Assembly: GCF_009914755.1 (NCBI RefSeq)
Contig: NC_060937.1
Reading direction: 5' to 3' (one strand)
DNA from: the human T2T-CHM13v2.0 reference genome, Homo sapiens
Length of the DNA stretch: 64,000 nt
The notes under the pieces were generated by a model, which saw nothing but the letters and a program-made list of their open reading frames with translations, was not told the DNA's origin and did no database searches. Position 1 is the first letter of the stretch, and every line of letters starts with the position of its first letter. The translations under genes were made by a program, and so were the position numbers. Of the stretch, positions 1-16,066 are shown one piece after another.

Positions 1-1319
1 AGCCAGAAACAGTCAATTCCCCTCTGGATTTATGCCTTCTCTTCAGTGAACATTGAAGAGTTGAATAGATACTGGCTACCATTGGGAAGAGACTGTTTCA
101 TGTTGTATTAATATATTTCAAATAGAGAACTAATGTCTAAGTTAATAAGAGATGAATAAAAGTAAATGGTATACAAAGAAATAATTATTTACAGCTTACT
201 GCTAACCACAATTTAAAATACCACATTAATCCTGAATCTATAAACTTAAAAGTTTGGTTAGGAAAAAGCTAGAAATCAATTATACCTAGAAATAATTTAG
301 GTTGACAAGCACCTTCACATTTCTGAGGCTGATTAATGATAGAGTCTCTGCTGTCTGTAATATTATCTTTAAAGAGATTCTTGGCTGTAGTTTCACAGTT
401 AATTTAATTCCTCATCTTGGTGAGATTTTCCCACTGCACTCTGCCATCTGAATGGTTTCAAGGCCTTCTGTTACTTCACCAACTTTTTCCCTATTAAAAT
501 GGCCTGAAAAGGCCTTGGCCAGCCTGCTCTGTTCTTCCATCAGCATTCACCTAAGTACTCCTCATGGGTGGGAGAAACCATGGCAACAGCAGTTCTGGCG
601 CATAGGGAGGTTATTCACAGGGCTTCAGAAAACTACTGGCAGGTCCCTCACAGTAAGGAAGCCAATGAGCCTTCTTCCCCTCCCAACAGCCATGCCACAA
701 AGTCAGGAGAAAAAGGATTGGTATTTCAGATGCTGATTAGTTCAACATCCACTTATTGGTACTCAGTATGTGAAGAATCATGTTGAGGCAGGAGCAAAGG
801 GAATGAGATCAGCTCTTCTCTGTTCAGGAGCCCCTGCCCTAGTAGAGAAGCAGAGAGAACTTAGCAAAGCAGAAACACTCTCAGAGCACCCTGGGGAGGA
901 GGGTCGGGAGAGATGATGCTGCCTGGAGGGAGGCAGGAGAATCCTCAAGAAGAAGACTTTGAGCTGGTCTAGAAGGACAGGGTGGAGGAAGGGACAGGCA
1001 GGCAGGCCATTCCGGGTAGAAGAGAGCTTGTGTAATGCCCAGAGGTGGGGATAAGAAAATGACCCTTGAGAAACAGCAAGTGCCCTCGGGAAGGTTGAAA
1101 ATGGAGAGCATGGAGACTCCCCATCACTCTCTCACAGACTGAGAGATTAACTGGAAAACTAAGGCTGGACTGTGGTTGGAGGGGTTGGGAAGACAGTGGC
1201 CCAAAACACAGATGGGTGTCAACAAAAACAAAACAAACTCAAAGACAAGCCAGGAAAAGCCTTCTGTCTCCAGTCTAAGGGTCAGTAAAGGGGAAGCCTA
1301 GCAAGACATAAAAATTTTA

Positions 1320-1679
<360 letters not shown>

Positions 1680-2203
1680 TCACCCATGCCAGCAAAGGCC
1701 AAACAGGTTGCTCAGGCTTCTGCCCTAGCAAGGCTGTAATAGGGTGCCCCAACATCCCCACTGGGACAGTGTCAGAAAAAGCAAAGTAGGGAGCTTGGAC
1801 TTTTGTCCCAGCAGGTAACAAGACCCTCCTGCCACATGATGTTAGTGGCGGCCATATTGGGAATCTGGACCCCATCCCACCTAGCAGTAATGAGGCACCA
1901 CTGCCCCTCCCCCAGGTGGTGTCAAAGAAGGTCTAGTGGAGAGTCAGGACTTTCATCAGTGCCTACTAGAAATGAGGCCACCCCCACCATGGTGTTGGTG
2001 GAGATTACACTGAGAGCTGGAACTGCCAACCCTGCCCCACAAGGAGCCTCTCCTCACCTTGGGTGTCAATGGAGGTCAAATGGAAAAGCTGGACTTCTAC
2101 CTCCACCTGACAGCATGAGGTGGCACCCATTCCCTTCTGGAGGGGTGACAGAGAAAGCCAGTTAAAACAGAGATTTTAAAGGAGATCCAGTCTTATGACA
2201 TAA

Positions 2204-2633
<430 letters not shown>

Positions 2634-3217
2634 TAATCTGACAAAGGTCTAAGGCAGTCATGATAAAAAGGCTTCAATGAACAAATACAAACATGTTTGA
2701 AACAGAAATAGAAAATATCAGTGAAGAAATAGATGATATAGAGAAGAACCAAATGGAAATTCTAGAACCGTAAAATACAATAACTAAAATAAAAATACAA
2801 AAACTAAAAATAGAAAGAATTAGTGGACCAAAACAATAGAAACTACTCAATCTAAACAACAGAGAGAATAGAGACTGAAAAAAAAATGAGCAGAATTCTG
2901 GGTACCTGAGTTATTACAACAAAAGCCTTGACATTTGAGCCATCAGAATCCCAGAAGTTGAAGAGAAAGAGGGCAGGACTAAAAAAGGACTTGAAAAAAT
3001 AATGGCTGAAAACTTTCCAAATTTTGTAAGAGATCTATATCCACAAATTCAAGAAGTGAACCCTAAACAAAATAAACCCAAAGAAATCATGCCGAGACAC
3101 ATCATAATTAAATTTCGGAAAACTGAAGACAAAGGAACAATCTTAAAAGTAGCCAGAGAAAAACATTGCCTATAGGGAAAAACCATTCAAATTTCTCCTT
3201 AGAAATTATGGAGGCCA

Positions 3218-3479
3218 GGCTGGGTGTGGTGGCTGATGCCTGTAATCCCAGCACTTTGGGAGGCTGAGGCAGGCAGATTGCTTGAGGCCAGGAGTTTGAG
3301 ATCAGCCTGGCCAACAGGCGAAATCAGGGCTCTACTAAAAATACAAAAAAAAAAGAAAAAAAAAATTAGCCAGTGGTGGTGGTGTGCACCTGTAATCCAA
3401 GCTACTCAGAAGGCTGAGGTGGGAAGATTGCTTGAGCCCAGGAGGTGGAGGTTGCAGTGAGCTGAGATTGCACCACCGC
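3218..3479 (+). mobile_element. Alu (AluJ-like), 3' end and tail missing
   Basis: Dimer stops at CACCACCGC; flanked by agaaattatggaggc / agaaatcatggaggc. Confidence 0.9.
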
Positions 3480-4714
3480 AAGAAATCATGGAGGCTGTGG
3501 CACAATATTTTTCAGGTCAACTCAAAATTCTATTCCAGGCATAAATATCCTTCATGAGTGAGGAGGTAATAAAAACTTTCTCAAATAAAAGAAAGCAAAA
3601 AATTTATCACCGAGAGACCAATCATAAAAGAATAGCCAACAGAAGTTCTATATTCAGAAAGGAAATGATAAAAGAAGGAATCTTAGAACATCAGAAAGAA
3701 CATGTTAAGCAACAGTATGGGTAAATACAATAGATTTTCCTTCTTCTCTTGTGTTTTCTAAATTATATTTAGCAGTTGAAAGAAAAATTACAACACTGAC
3801 TGATGTGGTTCTAAATATATGTAGAGGAAATATCTAAGACAATTATAAATGGAGAAGGGTTAAGGGACATAATGGGAAATAAGGTTTCTCTATGTCACTC
3901 AAATTGGTAAAGTGACAACATTAGGAGGCTGTGATAAGTTGTGTAAATACAATATAATACCTAGGGCAACCACTAAAAATGTTACAGAAAGATACACACA
4001 AAAATAATAGATACATAAAAATAGAACTCTAAAAAACATTTAAGCAAACTACAGAAAGGGACGAGGGAAAGAAAACGGAAATAAAAAACAGACATAACAA
4101 ACAGAAAACAAAAAATAAATGGCAGATCTAAGCCTTAAAACATCAACGATTACATTAAATATAATTGGTCTAAATACATCCATTAAAAGACAGATTAACA
4201 AAATGGACTAAAACACATTACTGAACTATGTGCTGTCTATAAGAAACTCAATTCAAATTTAAGGATATAGGCAGGTCAAAAGCAAAAGGATGGAAAAAGG
4301 TATACCATGTAAACTTCAGAGCAAAGAAAATTATGAGCCAGAGACAGACGTCATATAATGCTAAAAGTGTTAATTCACTAAGAAGGCATAGCAATCCTGA
4401 ATGTGTATGCACCAAATAACAAAGCTGAAAAATAAGTGATGCAAAAACTGATGAAACTGAAAGGAGAAATAGACATATCCACAAATATAGATGAATACTT
4501 GAACACCCTCTCTCAATAACTGATAGAAAAACTAGGCAGAAAACCAGCAAGGACATAAAAGAACTCAATGACACCATCAACCAAAAGGCTCTAGTTGGGA
4601 TTTACCAAGCACTTCACCCAACAACACTGAAATATACATTCTTTTCTAGTCCAACAAATGTGTACCAAGATAGGCCACATTTTATTTAAAAATATCACAC
4701 CTGTTTTAATCAGG

Positions 4715-5205
4715 TGTGATAAGAAATGCAGGCATGGAAATGACTGTCATGAAGGAAGAGGTTTTTACTTAGAGTGCTCTAGAAATAGGGGGCAAACACA
4801 CCATGCAGAGCCACATGGAAAAGTACCAGAGTCAGTCAGGAGGCAGAGGGGGTCAGGGGGAAATGTGGGCAAGAGCCATTAATGTGGTTACTCTGGGAAA
4901 GGCAAGGCAGAGTAAACAGGCTTAGCAGACTTGGGATTGGCTAGTGTGAAACTTTCAGGGGGCTCTGAGGCATAGGGGCTATCCCCATTGGTCTGATATC
5001 TGGCCCTGGACTGATTGGGGCAGGTAGACAGTGGCCTAGAATGTGAAATCTCTGTGAGCGACTGATGAAGGGGGTGGTTAGGGTCTAGGTTTGGAATGGT
5101 TGGTTTGCATATGATTGGTGCACTCACAGGGAGTTATTTGCCATCTCTAGGAATTAGCTGGCTCTGGGAGGGACAGTCTCCCCAAGGTTAGTAAGGCCAC
5201 GAACA
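4715..5205 (-). mobile_element. Solo ERVL-type LTR (MER54/MER74-like) inside the L1MD
   Basis: GC-richer block interrupting the L1 EN region; GGTTGGTTTGCATATG and GATTGGCTAG motifs recalled from MER54/74 LTRs. Confidence 0.6.
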
Positions 5206-8200
5206 TTATTCTGATATCAAAACAGAAGAGTAAAAAGACATGCTTAATACATAAGCCATAAAACAAACCTCAATACATTTCAAAGAATAAAATAATAGTG
5301 TGTTCTCTGGCCATAATAAAATCAAACTAGAAATAAATAGCAGAAAGATAATAGGAAAATTTCCAAACACTTGGAAACTAAAACACACTTCTAAATACAT
5401 TGTACCAAATGAAATTTAAAAATAAAACATATCAAAATTTGTTAGCATAGCTAAAGGAGTGCTGATAGGGAAATGTATATCACTGAATGCATACTGCAGG
5501 AAAGAAGAAAAGACTGAGATCTAAGTTCCTACTCGAAGAACCTAGAAAAAGAAGAGCAAAATAAACCAAAAGCAAAAAGGAAGAAAATAATAAAGATAAG
5601 AGCAGAAATCAATTATCCTGAAAACAGAAAAAGAAAAGAGGATATTGATGAAACAGAGAGTTGGTTCTTTGAAAAGATCAACAAAATTTAAAATTTACAA
5701 ACCTCTAGGAAGGCTGACAAAGGAAAAAAAAGAGAGAAGACATAAATTACCAATATCAGGAATGAAACAGGATATATCGCTACAGACCCTGTGGACATCA
5801 AAGCAATAATAAGGGAATCTTGTGAGCAACTCTACACATACACTTTGCAACTTAGACAAAATGGACCATTTCCTCAAAACCCACAAACTACCATAGCTCA
5901 ACCAATATAACATAGATGATATGAGCTGTATAACTATTAAGGAAGTTTAATTTATAATTAAAAATCTCTCAGAAAAGAATTGTTCAAGGCTCAGATAGTT
6001 TCACTGGAGAACTCTACCAAATGTTTGAAGAAGGATTACCACCAATTCTACATTTTTTCCAGAAAATAAAAAAAGAGGGAACACTTCCCAGTACATTTTG
6101 CGACGCCAGTGTCATACTGATCCTAAAACCAGACGAGTACAGCATACAAAAAAAGAAAACTACAGACTAATATCCTCCATTAATATAGAGGCAAAAATTC
6201 TTAATAAAATAGTAACAAATGGAGTTTGGTACTGTATAAAAAGAATTACACACCACGAGAAAGTGAGGTTCATTCCAGGGATGCAAGGCTGGTTTAATGC
6301 TAAAACAATAGTCAATATAATCTACCGTATTAACAGGCTAAAGAAGAAAAATCATATGATTAATCAATTCATGGAAAAACTTTTTTTTGGCCAAAATTCA
6401 AAAGGCATTCATGATTTTAACAACTCTCAGAAGAATGAGAATAGAGATGAACTTCCTGAATTTGTTAAAGAGCGTCTACAGAAAAACCTGTAGTTAAGAT
6501 TATACTTAATGGTGAAAGATTGAGTCCTTAATGCTCCCCTTAAAATCAGGAACAAGGAAAGGATTTTTGCCTTTACCATTCCTATTCAGTGTAGTGCTGG
6601 AATGTCTAGCCAGTGCAATTTGACAAGAAAAGAAATTAAAAGGCATGTGGACAGGAAAGGAAGAAATAAAATTCTTCATATCTACAGATGATATGATTGT
6701 CTACATATGATTGTCTACATAGACTCCTAAGAAATCTACAAAAATCTAGAACTAATAAATGAATTCAGCAAGATTGGAGGACTCAAACAAATAAGCAAAC
6801 AAAACCCAAATGTATTTCTATAAACTAGCAATGAACATGGGAACATTGAAATTAAAATATAATACTATATTCAATCAATCAAAGAAAATGAAATATTTAA
6901 AATCTAAATCTAACAGAACATTTACATGACTTGTATGCCGAAAACCACACAATACCAATGAAAGAAATTAAAGAGGATATAAATAAATAGATAAACTGTG
7001 TTTGAGCCTAGGATGATCAAACATAGTAAAGATGTAAATTCTTCCCAAATTGATATACAGGTTTAATGCCATTTCTATCAAAATCCCGGCAAAAGTTTTT
7101 GTATACAGAGATGAGATTATTCTAAAATAATCCTTATAATGGATCCATTCATATAATAGAAAGGCAAAGGAACTAGAATAGCTAAAACAATTTGACAAAA
7201 AAGAATCAAGTGGGAGGAATTACTCTTGCAGATTTCAAGATTTATTATGTATCTGCAATAATTAAGACTGTTTGATATTCGCAGAAGGATAGACCCAATG
7301 GTCAAAGGATCAGAACAGAGAACCCAGAACTAGACCCATACAAACATGCCCAACCGGTTTTTGATAAAGATGCAAAAGAAACTCAAATGGAGAAGAGATT
7401 GCCTTCTTATCAAATGGTGCCAGAGCCATTGGACATCTACATGCAAAAAAATGAACCCCAACTTAAGTCTCAGACCTTATCTAAAATTTAACTCAAAATG
7501 GGTCACAGACTTAAATATACAGTGTAAAACTATAAAACTTTTAGAAAAACATAGGAGAAAGTCTTCAGGATCAAGGGCTAGGCAAAGAGTTCTGAGACTT
7601 GACACCAAAAACACAATCCATAAAAGAGAAAAGTGATAAATTGTGCTTCATTAAAGTGAAAAACTTTTGTTCTTCAATGACCTTGTTAAGAAGATGAAAA
7701 TAAAAGCTACAGAGATGTGTTTAATTTGTTTTAAAGCCACGAAGTGAAAAAATATTTGCAAACCACTTATCTGTCCAAACCAGTGCCCAGAATACATAAA
7801 GAACTATCAAAACTCAACAGTAGGAAGACAAACAATCCATTTAGAACAAGGACTAAAGACAGGAAGAGGATACAGAGATGGCAAATAAGCACATGAAAAG
7901 ATGTTCAACTTCGGCTAATGCAACTAGGGAAATGCGAGCTAAGCACACCAGTCAGAATGTATAAAATAAAAAATAGTGACAGTACCAAATGCTGGTGAGG
8001 ATGAGGAAAAACTAGATTGCTCTTCCATTGCTGGTGGGATTGTAAAATGGGGCAGCTACTCTGGAGAACCGTTTGGCGGTTTCCTTAAAAGCAAACAATG
8101 CAGCTATCATATGGCCTAGCAATTGGACGTCTGGGCATTTATCACAGAGAATGAAAACTTTCATTCACAGAATAATCTTTACAGGAACAATTCATATTAT

Positions 8201-8963
8201 TCATATATGTAAAAAACCAGAAACAGTCAACATGTAACCAATCTCAGAAGGTTACATACTGCTTGATTCCTTGTATATAACATTCTTTAAATGACACATT
8301 ATAGAAATAATGAGCAGATGAGTGGTTGCCAGGACTTAAGAAGGGGATGGTAGGTGGGACGGGAAGGAGTTGGGTGCGGGTATAAAAGGCCGCATGAGGG
8401 GTCCTTATGGTGATGGAAATGTTTTGTATCTTGACAGTATCAGTGTCAGTTTCCTGGTTGGGATCTTACACTACAGTTTTGCAAAAATTACCACCAGGGA
8501 AACTGCAAACAGCACATGGGATCTCTGCATTGTTTCTTATACCTGCACGTAAATCTACAGTTATCTCCAAATAATAATTTTAATTAAAAAAAGAATGAAA
8601 CACTTATAGGACAGTCAGAGAACACTGGCTGTAGTTTTTAGTGTGATGGTGACATTGAGCTTTTTCGAAAGATTAGTCTGTATTCTTAAAAGATCCATAC
8701 TGAAATATTTCAGATGACATTCTGTCTGGTATTTGCTTCAGAATAATCCAGAGCGAGGGAGAAACAGGTGAGGTCCACCAGGTGAGTGAATGGCTGTAAG
8801 CAGGGCATTGTGGAGCTGGGTAGTGGGTATGTGGGTGTCTTTACATTAGACACTACATGTGATTCTAGTGCCTGGGGCAGGGCAACATGGTGGGGAGGCC
8901 ATTGGCTTTAGACAGGGTCAGACCGGCTGTGAATCTTGGCTCTGCTACTTATTAGCTGTGTGA

Positions 8964-9441
<478 letters not shown>

Positions 9442-9691
9442 TCTATTCAACCTTTCTGACCTCAGTGTCTTTGTCTGTAAAATGAGGCTAATATCTCATA
9501 GGGTAATTGGGAAGATAAACAAGATTGCTGAGGAAGAGTGCAGGGTGAGTAATAAAAGGTTCTTGGGGTAATTTTACCTGAGGACGGAGAGAGGAAGAGA
9601 AGCCAGTGCAGGAGATTGATGGGCAGGTGGAGGTGGGGCAGGAGAACCATGGTTAGGTTGGGCAGTGTGTGGGAATCTAGTAAAATATTAG

Positions 9692-9997
9692 TTTTATTTA
9701 ATTTTTAATTTTTTTGTGATAAGGTCTTGTTCTATCACCCAGGCTGGAGTGCAGGGGCGTGATCATAGATCACTGTAGCCTCAATCTCCTGGTCTCAAGC
9801 GATCCTCCCACCTCAGCTTCCTGAGTAGCTGGGATTACAAGTTTTTTTTGTTTGTTTGTTTTTGTTTTTTTTTGTAGAGACTGGGACTTGCTGTACAAAA
9901 GAATCCAAGCTGGTCTCAAACTCTTGGCCTTAAACGATCCTCCTGTCTTGGCCTCATGAAACGTTGGGATTATAGGCGCAAACCGCCCTGCCCAGCC
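9692..9997 (-). mobile_element. Alu (AluJ)
   Basis: Diverged antisense dimer. Confidence 0.9.
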
Positions 9998-10292
9998 AGT
10001 AAAAGATTTTTAAAAGAATTGTTGGAAGAAGACACCTGAGAAGAAACCATCAGATGTGGCATTCAGAAAGTCATTGGTGTTGATAATGGCTTCAGTTCAG
10101 TGGTGAAGGTGGACCCAGATTCATTGCTGTGGAATAGTTGGGGAAAGAGGAAGTAAGTGCCTGCCATTCTCAGAATCTTGATGGCAGGGTATGGAGAGAC
10201 CAGGCTGTAGCTCGAGAGGGAAGGAGCTTTTAGAGAGGTTAAAGAGCAGAAAGAAACCAAAAATGAAGAGATTGAAAGTGAAAGAGAGAGGA

Positions 10293-11190
10293 GGGTTGTT
10301 TCCATATCCTGTCCATTGTGAATCATGCTGCAATGAACACAGGTGTGCAAGTATTTCTTTGAGATCCTGGTTTTAACTCTTTTGAGCATATACCCAAAAG
10401 TGCAATTCTGGATCATTTGGCCATTTTACTTTTAATATTTTAAGGAGCCTCCATTCTGCTTTCCATAATGCTGCGCTCTTCTACATTCCTAACACTGCAT
10501 GAGAGCTGCATTTTCCCCACATCGTCACCAACACTCATCCTTTGTTTCTGTTTTGTTTTTTGATAATAGCCATCCTAACAGGTGTAAGGTGATATCTTAT
10601 GGTAGTTTTGACAGATAAATGAAGACAGAAAGTATGGTATATCCATACAATGGAATATTATTCGACCTTAAAAAGGAAGAAAATCCTGCCATCTGCGGCA
10701 ACATGGATGAACCCAGAGGACATTATGTTAAGTGAAATAAGCCCAGCACAGAAAGGTAAATATTCCTGATCGTACTGATGTGAGCGTCTAAAACAGTCAA
10801 ACTCTGAGTAGCAAAGAATCCAACGGCAGTTTCCAGGGCTGGGGAGGGGTGTGGATTTAAGGAAATGGGGAATTATTATTCAATGGATATAATTCAGTTA
10901 TGCTAGAAGAATATGTTCTAGAGATCTTCTGCACAGCATCCTGCCCGTAGTGAACAATATGTATTGCACACTTCAAAATACGTTAAGAGGACAGTTCTCA
11001 TGTTAAATGTTCTTACTGCAAAAAACAATGCAACACAGGGGCCTTTTGGAGGTGATGGGTATGTTTATTACCCTGATTGTTGTGCTGGGTATCCCGGGTG
11101 TTTCCATAGGTCCAAACCCATCAAATTAGGCACTTTAAATATGTGCAGTTCTGTGTATATCCATTTTACCTCAGTTTGTTGTTTAAAAAA
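10293..11190 (+). mobile_element. Old L1 3' fragment (L1MA/L1MB) with 5' inversion
   Basis: 10293-10610 is antisense L1 ORF2 end; 10611-11190 is sense 3'UTR ending in an A run. Confidence 0.8.
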
Positions 11191-11263
11191 GGAGAGAGAG
11201 AATGGAGGGGCCAACTGCAGCAGTCCTGGGGGAGAGGTGGGGAGAAGATGCCTCCTCCATTCA

Positions 11264-11688
<425 letters not shown>

Positions 11689-12471
11689 GAAAGGAACATC
11701 CCAGGAAAAGCAGGGATTATGAATGCCAACTTGGTTGGTTTAGTGTGATGATGAAATTGTGATTTTGCTTTAAAAGCTTAGTCCTTGGTTTTTATAGATT
11801 GGTACTAAAATATTATGGCTGAAATATTTTGGGGTTTGCTTTAGACTAAAGAAAATGAGAAGAGTATTTTTGTTTCTCTGGAGCAAGTTTTTGAAGGAGG
11901 TCCTGGAGGAATCAGCATGCCACACCAAGCCCACATCTGTGTTCACCGTTCACTGGATGTCCCCATGGGTGGTGTATCATGCTATGTCTCTTTAGGAGTG
12001 AGATCATGGGTGTGCCATTGCTCCCAGCAGTGATCAGTCTGCACCTGCCTCACCCACACCCATACTAATGGCATCTGTGTCCCATCTGGAAATCCTTGGG
12101 GGGAAAGAGGTTTCCCACCTCTGGGTGCTAAACTGTGGGTGCTTTTCTCAGTCACATGGGATGAAGGCTTAAGACTTCCCTAACCTCCTCTCTTTCTGGG
12201 ATGAACTGACCCTGAGGACATCATCCTAGTGTCGTACAAGTGGCCCCCTCCAAGCTGAGTGCTCTGTAGGCTGCTAAACTTAGCCTCTGCCCATTTGCAG
12301 GGAGGGTGCAAGTATCGCTGTTGAAGTTCCAGGCCCCTCCACCCACAGTAACTGGTGGCCTTCCCAGCAAAAGCACCCAACCCACTCATCATACCACGAG
12401 GGTTGGCAGCAAGCTGCCCAGATGCAACAGAAACCACAAGGCATGTGAAGGCTTAAGCAATGGGGACGAGC

Positions 12472-12477
12472 TTTATT
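12472..12477 (-). terminator. GJB6: GJB6 distal polyadenylation signal AATAAA
   Basis: TTTATT on + strand; a GU-rich tract (TTGTGGTTTCTGTTG on -) lies downstream. Confidence 0.8.
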
Positions 12478-13178
12478 GAGGCAATCACATCCACATTTCA
12501 GTTGTTTGCAATGATTGGCAAACGGATGAGTTAAAAAAGCCTTCTGCTTCCACACTGTTCCGTCTACATTCAGAAAGCAGTAAAAATATATTGTGCAATG
12601 AACACTTTCCACCTTAAGCGTATCATGACAGTTCACAAATTTGCCAACAGACAATGCAAAACAATATTTACAAGATAGACCCTTTGTAAGTTCCAAATTT
12701 AGATACTTGTGGTGTAATTCTAAAACTAACATCGCATGTTTTTCCAGGTAAGGAAGACCAGTCATTATAAAAATACTTTATATAAATTCAAAGTCAGAAC
12801 TAAAAACATCCAAGCCTATAAAAATATCTTTTCCTAATAAAAGTATCAATTCCTGGATAAATGTTCCTTATCAACAACAGTTATATAAATTTTCAGAAAG
12901 TACCCACTTTGTCAGAGAGTCCACTTAAAAGGAACCTGTCAAAGTGACTGCAATGCTCCTTTGTCAAGCAGTCTCTTGTTTTCAGAGATGGACCACATAT
13001 TTGATTACGTTGTGTATGAATGGAGCAAGTATCCTACAAAAAGTTAACTCAAGTGTCTATTTATTATGAAAGTCATTTACAAACTCTTCAGGCTACAGAA
13101 GGAACTTTCAGGTTGGTATTGCCTTCTGGAGAAGACAGAAGTCTCCTTATGACGCAGCTACATTTTACCTTGAAATGT

Positions 13179-13973
<795 letters not shown>

Positions 13974-14167
13974 TTATCCCTAAACAGACAAAAGTGGGCA
14001 AAGGTTTATTAGTGGAAGAGGCCTTGGGAAAGTGACACGGTGATATTACAGACTGAAGCCAACTTTATTTTAAGGTAGGCTGTGATACTTTACAACTTCA
14101 ACTCCCTGCCCTGCTAGTCTGAGGTTTTCTGAAAAGGAATGCCCACCCTGAAAGCATTCTCATGTTT

Positions 14168-14505
<338 letters not shown>

Positions 14506-15639
14506 TTAGGATCATCTTGATTCAACTAAATTCAGATCATATATTAGATTGCTGTTTGCATTAATCCAGGAACACAGGTAAACGAATTCATTTCCAAGCT
14601 CCCTTTTAATCACTGTCTGATCCATTACACCAGATTGGCTTTCTCCTAGGGCTCACCTAGCTTCCACAGTAGATTTTATTCATTAAATAGCTTATTCAGG
14701 GGGAAAAAAAACTTTCATTGGAATGACATATTCTAGTTTACCCAACAGACTAAGAAGGGAAAAAACAAAATACTTATTAGCTTACTTTATACAATATATT
14801 TATACTTAATTCTAGCTTGAATAACATCATCTGCCATACTCATGTGTTCTTAGGAAATCTAATATTGTCAACTACTGAGAAAGCCTCTTCTAAAAGAGAT
14901 TCACAATCTTTTATAAAGATTGCTCCATTGTTCTCCAATATATCTGCAGTATAACCAAGCCCACGTTGGCTTTGCCTCCCCAGCGGGTCCTGTTTGCGCC
15001 AGGGGCAGCCGAGGAGGGGATCTGCTGCCCTTGCCACCCAGTGCCTCCTTCCCTGTTAATGCACTGATTCTCTATCCCGAGAGAAAAAGGACTTCTTTAC
15101 AGCTATGGACACTTTTGCTATAATTCAAACAGCTGCCTTCTTAGCCTATACTGCCACAGAAGACTATAGAATTGGTCAGCATTCTCCTTTGAAAAATAAA
15201 AGGAGGTATCATGGACCCTTTGAAAATTTTCAGAAAGTAAAAGACCTCTCCCCAGAGTAATTCACTCAGGCATTTTTTTTACAGGCTGTCGGGGCATGAG
15301 GGAGTCACCAAAGTCCTTCTCTTCACCGGTCTTAGACTTTCTTATCCCTGAGTGGGTGAGGGACACCTGTCAGCCTCCCCTTCTCAGGCCAGCCCCCTGG
15401 ACCTCACGCTCTGGCCCACACACCTGCCCCTCTGCATTACGCTGGCTGCTCTTGGAAGCAGTGGGGTAAATGGAGGCAGCCTCTCCCCACCCAGGAGTGC
15501 CTTGGCCTCAGAGTGGGGTGCTACTGTGTGCCCCAAGGCAACATCTTTTGTAGACTTAGAAAGTCAGCAGACCTGTTGGAAAAGTCCGACTCCTAGTTCC
15601 GTTGGCTTTCTGAGAAATTGTTTTTTTTGCCCTTGGTTG

Positions 15640-16066
15640 GGTATTAATATTAAGCAACAATTCTCCATTCCCCCCTCCCCAGCCCCTAGCAACCACCATT
15701 CTACTTTCTGCATCTATGATTTTGACTGCTCTACAGTCCTCATATAAGTAGAAATCCACGGCACTTGTCTTTCTGGAACTGGCTTATTTCACTCAGCATA
15801 ATGTCCTCGAGGTTCATCCATGTTGCTGCGTGTGACAGGATTTCCTTATTTTGGAGGCTGAATACTATTCCACTGTATGGATGCTCCCCATTTTGTTTAC
15901 CCATTCATCTATCAATGGACACTGGGTTGCTTCCAGCTTTTGGCTGTTGTAACACTACTGTGAGTGAGGGTATACTACTATTTTTTCAAGACCCTGCTTT
16001 CAAGTCTCTTAGGTATCTAGATGTGGGATTGCTGGATCTCATGGTTATTCTATGTTCAATTCTTTA
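15640..16066 (-). mobile_element. L1MB-like 3'UTR fragment
   Basis: Antisense L1 3'UTR motif TGGCTTATTTCACTCAGCATAATGTCCTC. Confidence 0.8.

Noticed and set aside
6098-6493. Reverse-transcriptase-like peptide
   Set aside because: Decayed ORF2 fragment of the ancient L1MD, surrounded by stops and frameshifts.
6691-6720. 14-bp tandem duplication ATATGATTGTCTAC
   Set aside because: Ordinary slippage inside a dead L1.
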